From contig NZ_CP042911.1 of the NCBI RefSeq assembly GCF_008065095.1, positions 2,250,001-2,282,000 of the forward strand: a DNA stretch of 32,000 bases. Direction: 5' to 3'. Each line of letters opens with the position of its first letter. Position 1 is the first letter of the stretch. The notes beneath the pieces are model-generated. The model worked only from the letters and a program-made list of their open reading frames with translations. It ran no database searches and had not been told where the DNA came from. Shown piece by piece: positions 27,570 to 32,000 of the stretch. Source of the stretch: Gemmata obscuriglobus. GTDB lineage: Bacteria > Planctomycetota > Planctomycetia > Gemmatales > Gemmataceae. Position numbers and translations under genes: made by a program.

Positions 27570-27917
27570 TTAGGAGATCTTGTTGACGAGGCCGAAGCAA
27601 ATCACCAGCAGGGCGATGATGGCGGCACCTTCGACGAGCGCGGCCAGCACGATCATGTTGACCTGGATCGCGCCCTTCTGCTCCGGCTGGCGGGCGATGG
27701 CGGACAGGGCCGACCACCCGATGAGGCCGATGCCCAGGCCGGCGCCGAGGATGGCGAGGCCGGCACCGATACCCGCACCGATCCCAGCGCCGAGGCTGTT
27801 GTTGGAAGCGGCCGCGGTGGTGGTCGCGGGAGCGGCCGGATCGGCCGCGAGGGCCGGAACGGCGGCGAAGGCGGCCAGAGCGATCAGGGCGAGCGCGAAC
27901 CGGTAAGCGAACTTCAT
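27570..27917 (-). CDS. atpE: Fo ATP synthase subunit c, with ~40-aa N-terminal extension resembling a cleavable signal peptide
   Basis: The C-terminal ~75 aa form a classic c-subunit hairpin: Gly-rich helix 1 (GAGIGAGIGAGLAILGAGLGIGLIG), loop ARQPE, and helix 2 with the carboxylate in LAALVEGAAII. The N-terminus is MKFAYRFALALIALAAFAAVPALA|AD. Confidence 0.9.
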   Translation of the reverse strand: MKFAYRFALALIALAAFAAVPALAADPAAPATTTAAASNNSLGAGIGAGIGAGLAILGAGLGIGLIGWSALSAIARQPEQKGAIQVNMIVLAALVEGAAIIALLVICFGLVNKIS

Positions 27918-27979
27918 CTGACGGTCCCTTTCAAACGGGGTGGAAAGCGTGTCCCGACTCGCGGCCGGGCGGCTACGGG

Positions 27980-28858
27980 TTAGTGTTCCGGGTTCAGTTG
28001 CATTCCGAGGAAGATCGACGACAGCAGTACGAACACGAACGCCTGGAGGAACGCGACGAACAGTTCCAGCACGCTCAGCGCGGTCGCCATCACGACCGCC
28101 GCAACGGTGCCGCCCGGCGACAGCCCGCCTTGGATCGGGTCGGCCACGGCGAACAGCAGGATCGCACCGAGGGCGACGTGGCCGGCGAAGATGTTCGCGA
28201 ACAAACGGATCGCGAGCACCGCGGCCCTGATGAACGCCCCCATCACCTCAATCGCGGCGATCAGCGGTACGATGGCGACCGTCAGGAAGATCGTCATCGG
28301 CAGGTTGTCGGCCTTCAGTCGCGGGATGTACGACATCACGTACTTGCCGACACCCAACTTGCGGACGGCGGACACATGCGTGACGAGAAACACGCTGAGC
28401 GCCAGCACAAGCGTGATACTCAATTCGGCCGTAGGGGAGCCGAGGAACGGTACCATGCCGAGCAGGTTGCACGCGAGGATGAACAGGAACAGCGTCCACA
28501 GGAACGGCACGTAGCGGTCCGCGTAGTGGACGTGCGGCTGCGCGACCGGCGGGTGCGGGTGCGTCTGGTCCGCGATAGCCGCCGAGATCCCGTGGGGCTC
28601 GTCGTGCTCGTCGTGGTGGTGTTCATGCCCCGAGTGGATGTTCGGCCGGGCGACTTCGTCCCGGATGAACAGCAGGAGCATTTCGAGGAAATTCCAGAAC
28701 GGCCCACGCGGCGGCGTTCCGTCCTGGGTGCGGCGGGCCAGCAAGATGTACGGGATCGCAACGCAGGCGGCCGCAACCACCAGTAGAACTTGATACTTGG
28801 AGAACGGCCCGAGCCATTTTTCATGGTCGAGAACGTGTTCGAGCGCGTTTGCGGCCAT
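27980..28858 (-). CDS. atpB: Fo ATP synthase subunit a, with a His-rich loop
   Basis: Polytopic protein. It carries the conserved Arg region AVLAIRLFANIFAGH and a C-terminal LQAFVFVLLSSIFL. It sits directly upstream of atpE. Confidence 0.92.
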   Translation of the reverse strand: MAANALEHVLDHEKWLGPFSKYQVLLVVAAACVAIPYILLARRTQDGTPPRGPFWNFLEMLLLFIRDEVARPNIHSGHEHHHDEHDEPHGISAAIADQTHPHPPVAQPHVHYADRYVPFLWTLFLFILACNLLGMVPFLGSPTAELSITLVLALSVFLVTHVSAVRKLGVGKYVMSYIPRLKADNLPMTIFLTVAIVPLIAAIEVMGAFIRAAVLAIRLFANIFAGHVALGAILLFAVADPIQGGLSPGGTVAAVVMATALSVLELFVAFLQAFVFVLLSSIFLGMQLNPEH

Positions 28859-28956
28859 GTTCTGCGATCCTCTGGTCCGCTCGGGCTTTCATTGCCCGGG
28901 TGCCCGAGTCTGGGCACGTTTCAAGTAAGGTTCGTTCCGCCAGACCGAATCAACCG

Positions 28957-29193
28957 TTAGTTGGAGCCACCGGGCTTCTGTCGGTCGGCCTGCTTCATCA
29001 TGAACAGCAGATGCGCGATGCCGCCGGCGAATCCGACAACCCCGCCAACTGCCAGTCCCCAAGGAGACCAACCGAACCGCTGATCGAGCCAGACCCCGAT
29101 GACGATCGGGGCTACTAATTCCATAACCGCGGTGCCGGCGATAGCGAGCCCGCGATAGTCGCTGGCGTCTCGCCCGCCCGGAGATCGGCTCAC
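28957..29193 (-). CDS. atpZ: AtpZ/AtpR-type small membrane protein (ATPase_gene1 family)
   Basis: GLAIAGTAVMELVAPIVIGVWLDQRFGWSPWGLAVGGVVGFAGGIAHLL fits the two-helix AtpZ pattern (W-L-D...-P-W). The GTG start at 29193 overlaps the TGA stop of the upstream ORF (GTGA), which indicates translational coupling. The longer track ORF (to 29508) is rejected. Confidence 0.65.
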   Translation of the reverse strand: MSRSPGGRDASDYRGLAIAGTAVMELVAPIVIGVWLDQRFGWSPWGLAVGGVVGFAGGIAHLLFMMKQADRQKPGGSN

Positions 29194-29594
29194 CGCGTCC
29201 CTCCCGATTGACGGCCGGTCATCAATAACCCGCATTCGAGTGCGAGAGTGACGATGTACAAGTACGCGACCCATCTGGCGAACTGGTCCGGCGGGATGCC
29301 GTGAGGCTTGAGAGCCTGACCGAGCATCACGACCCCGACGACCGCCACGGTCATCCGCATCCCTGTTCCGAGCAGCACTGCCATGGGACCAAGCAGCGGT
29401 GCCCGCTCGAACACCTTCTCCGCGAACACGAGTGTGGCCACTGCCGTTGTCACGCACATCGCGGTTGCAACCGCTGCTGCTAGCGCCGCTCCTGTTCCCG
29501 ATGCCCATTCGAGCTGTTCGGCTACCACCAGCCCAGTAGCGGCGCCGAGTGCGCTCCCGGCTACCAGAGCGACAACCTTTCGGGCTGGTCGCAC
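29190..29594 (-). CDS. atpI: ATP synthase protein I-like hydrophobic protein
   Basis: 134 aa and strongly hydrophobic, with about 4 helices. It is the first gene of the atp operon and is coupled to atpZ. The call rests on position and hydropathy, not on a recognisable motif. Confidence 0.55.
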   Translation of the reverse strand: MRPARKVVALVAGSALGAATGLVVAEQLEWASGTGAALAAAVATAMCVTTAVATLVFAEKVFERAPLLGPMAVLLGTGMRMTVAVVGVVMLGQALKPHGIPPDQFARWVAYLYIVTLALECGLLMTGRQSGGTR

Positions 29595-29670
29595 GTCGCG
29601 CGTCCTGGTCGGAATTCGTTCAACTACGGGCGTATTGTGAGCAGGGGGGTGACAAAGTCAATCCGCATCT

Positions 29671-29686
29671 CGTGAAAAATTTCACA
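29671..29686. promoter_or_regulatory. CRP/FNR-type palindrome cGTGA-N6-TCACA upstream of the atp operon
   Basis: cgtgaaaaatttcaca matches TGTGA-N6-TCACA at 9 of 10 positions. It is centred about 85 nt upstream of the atpI start, in an unusually AT-rich stretch. Confidence 0.3.
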
Positions 29687-29885
29687 AGCGTGGCGCCATT
29701 GCTTCGGAGCTTTCAAAGACACGGGTTTATGCTCGACGCGTAGACGGTTGTCGCGAACTGGCTTGTGATGCTTGTGCTAGACGAGTGCGTTCTGTGTGCC
29801 TGATTTTTGTGCGATCGGCCGGCCTGGTTTCTGACATCTCGCGGCAAAATCTGTCGCCGGAACCAGTTCCGGCGACAGAATCACG

Positions 29886-29915
29886 TTGACAGCGTAGTCG
29901 GTGTTTTTCTAAGAT
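29886..29915 (+). promoter_or_regulatory. candidate sigma-70 promoter TTGACA-N18-TAAGAT pointing toward the DUF4912 gene
   Basis: A perfect -35 hexamer lies at 29886-29891 and TAAGAT at 29910-29915. Use of this promoter would give a ~290-nt leader before ATG 30212. Confidence 0.3.
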
Positions 29916-30211
29916 GAGCAACGAGTTAGGGACGCTCAGCACCCGGACTTTTCGCCCGTTTTCCTGAATTCGGAAACGAGTCGAAATAGGCCCACCACAC
30001 TGCCTCGGTTCCGGTCTCGCCTGCTCGGTCGACAGAGGGGCCGCTTCTACTCAGCGGTTCGGCCCATGGCCGGACATTGACGGCCCTTAGAATGCCCGGC
30101 CGGGCTACTCGAACCCGATATGGGTCCGAGGTTCGCGGTTGCGCCGGCACGGATGCTCCCGAAGAACAACGTTCCACAACCGCTCACGCGACGCGGGGGA
30201 GTGGCTCGCCG

Positions 30212-31531
30212 ATGAAGACTGCTGGCACGTTGAACGACCGGTCCAAGAAGGAACTGGCCGATTTGGCCAAGCGAAACGGCGTTCGCGGATGGGAAGCGAT
30301 GGACAAACCCTCTCTCATCAAGGCGCTCGCTAAAAAGTCGGCGCCTAAAAGCTCCAGCTCCGTGCCGGATAAATCGCCTCCGAAGTCCGCTAAGCCCCCG
30401 GTGAAGGTGGCAAAAGTGGCGGCGAAGGTGACAAAGGCGAAGAAAGTCAAACCCACCCCGAAGCCGGCCGACAAGGGTAAAGTTGTCGCAAAGGCTGCTC
30501 CGACTCCGAAGCCTGCTCCTGCCAAAACTAAACCGACTCCGACTGTCGCCTCGCCTGTTACAAAGGCGACGACGAACGGCAGTCACAAGCCCGTTCCGCC
30601 GGCAGTCACGAAGCCGCTGATTCAGAAAACCACTACGCCTGCCAAGACTGCGACGAAGTCACTGCTTCCAACACGAGATACCTCAAAAGAAGCGGCCCGC
30701 TCTCTGAACACGGCCACCAAAGATCGTATCTTTCTGACCGTTCCGAATCCCTACTGGCTCAATGCGTATTGGGAGCTGACCACTCATTCCATGCAGCGTG
30801 CCGAGGCGGCTCTTCGTCAGGACTGGCACGGTGCGAAACTCATTATCCGATTGTTTGATGTGACGAGCGGTGACACCACCAGCACCAGCGAAACCCCTGT
30901 CAAAGACGTGACGATCCAGGGGACTGGGCAGACGTGGTACATTGATGTCTCGGGCGTCGGCCGCGCGTACCGTGCCGACATCGGATACGTCTCCCGCCGC
31001 GGCGATTTCTACGTCTTGGCCCGGTCGAACGTGGTGACGCCGCCGAAGGCGGGCACGGGGGAGGCCGGTGAAGGGTTCGACCTCGGTGGGTGGGACGACG
31101 ACGACGCGAAGCGGAAGGCCGAACGCATTTTGGCGATGTCCACCGGGTTCGAGTCGTCAGGCAGCTCCGAACTGCGTGAGCTGTACGAAGAGCGCCTCGG
31201 TCGACCGCTCGGGCCGCCGAAGCAGACCGCGTTCGGCACCGGTGCGATCCCGCCGGGCAGTGTGAAAAAGTTCTTCTTCGAGATCGACGCGAAGCTGATC
31301 GTGTTCGGCCGTACCGACCCGTCCGCGCACCTGACGCTCAACAACGACCCGATCAAACTGAGTTCCGACGGCACCTTCCGGATGACGTTCAACCTTCCGG
31401 ACAGCCGGCAAATCATCCCCGCCGTCGCCGCCAGTGCCGATGGCGTCGAAGAGCGGACCATCGTGCTCGCGGTCGAACGCAACACCAAGCACCTTGACCC
31501 GATGATTCACGACCAGATGAACGAGGTTTGA
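30212..31531 (+). CDS. DUF4912 domain protein with N-terminal Rho_N/SAP-like domain and Lys/Pro/Ala-rich (histone H1-like) linker
   Basis: LNDRSKKELADLAKRNGVRGWEAMDKPSLIKALA is Rho_N-like. About 110 aa of AKK/PKP repeats follow. DRIFLTVPNPYWLNAYWEL is the DUF4912 signature. The start is taken at Met46 of the track ORF, with GGGGGAG upstream. Confidence 0.8.
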   Translation: MKTAGTLNDRSKKELADLAKRNGVRGWEAMDKPSLIKALAKKSAPKSSSSVPDKSPPKSAKPPVKVAKVAAKVTKAKKVKPTPKPADKGKVVAKAAPTPKPAPAKTKPTPTVASPVTKATTNGSHKPVPPAVTKPLIQKTTTPAKTATKSLLPTRDTSKEAARSLNTATKDRIFLTVPNPYWLNAYWELTTHSMQRAEAALRQDWHGAKLIIRLFDVTSGDTTSTSETPVKDVTIQGTGQTWYIDVSGVGRAYRADIGYVSRRGDFYVLARSNVVTPPKAGTGEAGEGFDLGGWDDDDAKRKAERILAMSTGFESSGSSELRELYEERLGRPLGPPKQTAFGTGAIPPGSVKKFFFEIDAKLIVFGRTDPSAHLTLNNDPIKLSSDGTFRMTFNLPDSRQIIPAVAASADGVEERTIVLAVERNTKHLDPMIHDQMNEV

Positions 31532-31572
31532 TCGCCGCGCTGCAGGAGAGACAGAAGAGGAATGACCGCGAA

Positions 31573-31646
31573 GAAGCACAAAAGAGAACCAAGGACAAGA
31601 GCTTGAATTTCTTCAACTCTGCCTTGATTCCTTTTTGTGCTTTTTT
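31573..31646 (+). terminator. AT-rich imperfect long hairpin followed by a T-tract (intrinsic terminator of the DUF4912 gene)
   Basis: gaagcacaaaagagaaccaagg ... ccttgattcctttttgtgc pair with a few mismatches. TTTTTT follows at 31641-31646. A nested agagcttgaa/ttcaactct stem sits in the loop. Confidence 0.6.
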
Positions 31647-31678
31647 GCTTTCCTTCGCGGCCAATCTGTTGGGTTCTT

Positions 31679-32000
31679 ATGGTTGTTGATTTTTTCCTCT
31701 CCGACCAGCCAGAAGTCCCGAGCGAGTTTGCTCTCGTGCGGGTGTCGCGGCGCGCGATGGCGACCCGGTTCGAGGTCGCGATTCCCGTCGGCACACACCA
31801 TGATCCCGTTGCAGCGGCCGAAGACGCTTTGGACCTCATCGACGAACTCGAGGCTCAACTCACCGTTTACCGCGACGACTCCGAAGTATCTCAACTGAAC
31901 CAAACTGCGGCCGACGGTTTCGTTGAGGTCGAGTCGCACCTGTTTGCGTTGCTCTCACGTTGCGCGGGGTGGACGAAGGAAACGGGGGGCGCGTTCGATA
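31679..32000 (+). CDS. apbE: FAD:protein FMN transferase (ApbE family), 5' part; runs off the right edge
   Basis: My own translation in the frame that starts at the ATG at 31679: MVVDFFLSDQPEVPSEFALVRVSRRAMATRFEVAIPVG...AEDALDLIDELEAQLTVYRDDSEVSQLNQ...LLSRCAGWTKETGGAFD. The pattern AMGT/ATxFxI...LS/TxYxxxSExSxLN...TxGxFD is characteristic of ApbE. It is not in the track because there is no stop in the window. A GTG at 31637 is an alternative start. Confidence 0.7.
   Translation, partial: MVVDFFLSDQPEVPSEFALVRVSRRAMATRFEVAIPVGTHHDPVAAAEDALDLIDELEAQLTVYRDDSEVSQLNQTAADGFVEVESHLFALLSRCAGWTKETGGAFD

Noticed and set aside
27321-28786. 220-aa (27321..27983) and 267-aa (27983..28786) plus-strand ORFs across atpF/atpE/atpB
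   Set aside because: They lie antisense to the Fo subunit genes. They are charged low-complexity (Arg/Asp/Glu/His/Gly) translations produced by reading Gly/Ala/Leu-rich membrane genes backwards.
29914-29967. 17-codon ORF (MSNELGTLSTRTFRPFS) in the DUF4912 leader
   Set aside because: It overlaps the putative -10 element and has no Shine-Dalgarno sequence or any recognisable feature. There is no basis for calling a leader peptide.

Overview
High-GC (roughly two-thirds G+C) chromosomal window. It most likely comes from a planctomycete of the Gemmata group. That origin is an inference from three things: two prepilin-type DUF1559 / H-X9-DG genes, an adjacent squalene monooxygenase and oxidosqualene cyclase pair, and many long antisense shadow ORFs. 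I found no rRNA, tRNA, CRISPR array, transposase or integrase.

Gene content, left to right:
1. A hybrid CHASE3-GAF histidine kinase on the minus strand. It runs off the left edge and is missing from the ORF track.
2. A plus-strand, PTS-independent N-acetylmuramic acid (MurNAc) scavenging operon: NamZ-like DUF1343, a sodium:solute symporter, a MurQ etherase fused to a BadF/BadG-type sugar kinase, and a GHL10 hydrolase.
3. A sigma-54 module: an enhancer-binding protein, then palindromic repeats and a -24/-12 promoter in front of a DUF1559 pseudopilin-like gene and a small lipoprotein.
4. A convergent, 3'-overlapping bfd/bfr iron-storage pair.
5. A second DUF1559 gene followed by a secreted Kelch propeller.
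6. The two-gene sterol cassette (squalene monooxygenase plus an oxidosqualene cyclase carrying VSDCTAE), bracketed by long perfect hairpins.
7. A minimal RNA-ligase-like nucleotidyltransferase with a palindromic operator upstream.
8. A complete F1Fo ATP synthase operon on the minus strand (atpI-atpZ-atpB-E-F-H-A-G-D-C). It is interrupted at two places by three non-atp ORFs and has several unusual subunit features.
9. A DUF4912 protein with a Rho_N domain and a histone-H1-like Lys/Pro tract.
10. The 5' end of an ApbE-type flavin transferase, running off the right edge.

The most notable signals are the bacterial sterol gene pair, the MurQ-kinase fusion locus, the self-contained sigma-54 circuit driving a DUF1559 gene, and the atypical ATP synthase operon. 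All family calls come from reading motifs by eye. No database search was possible.
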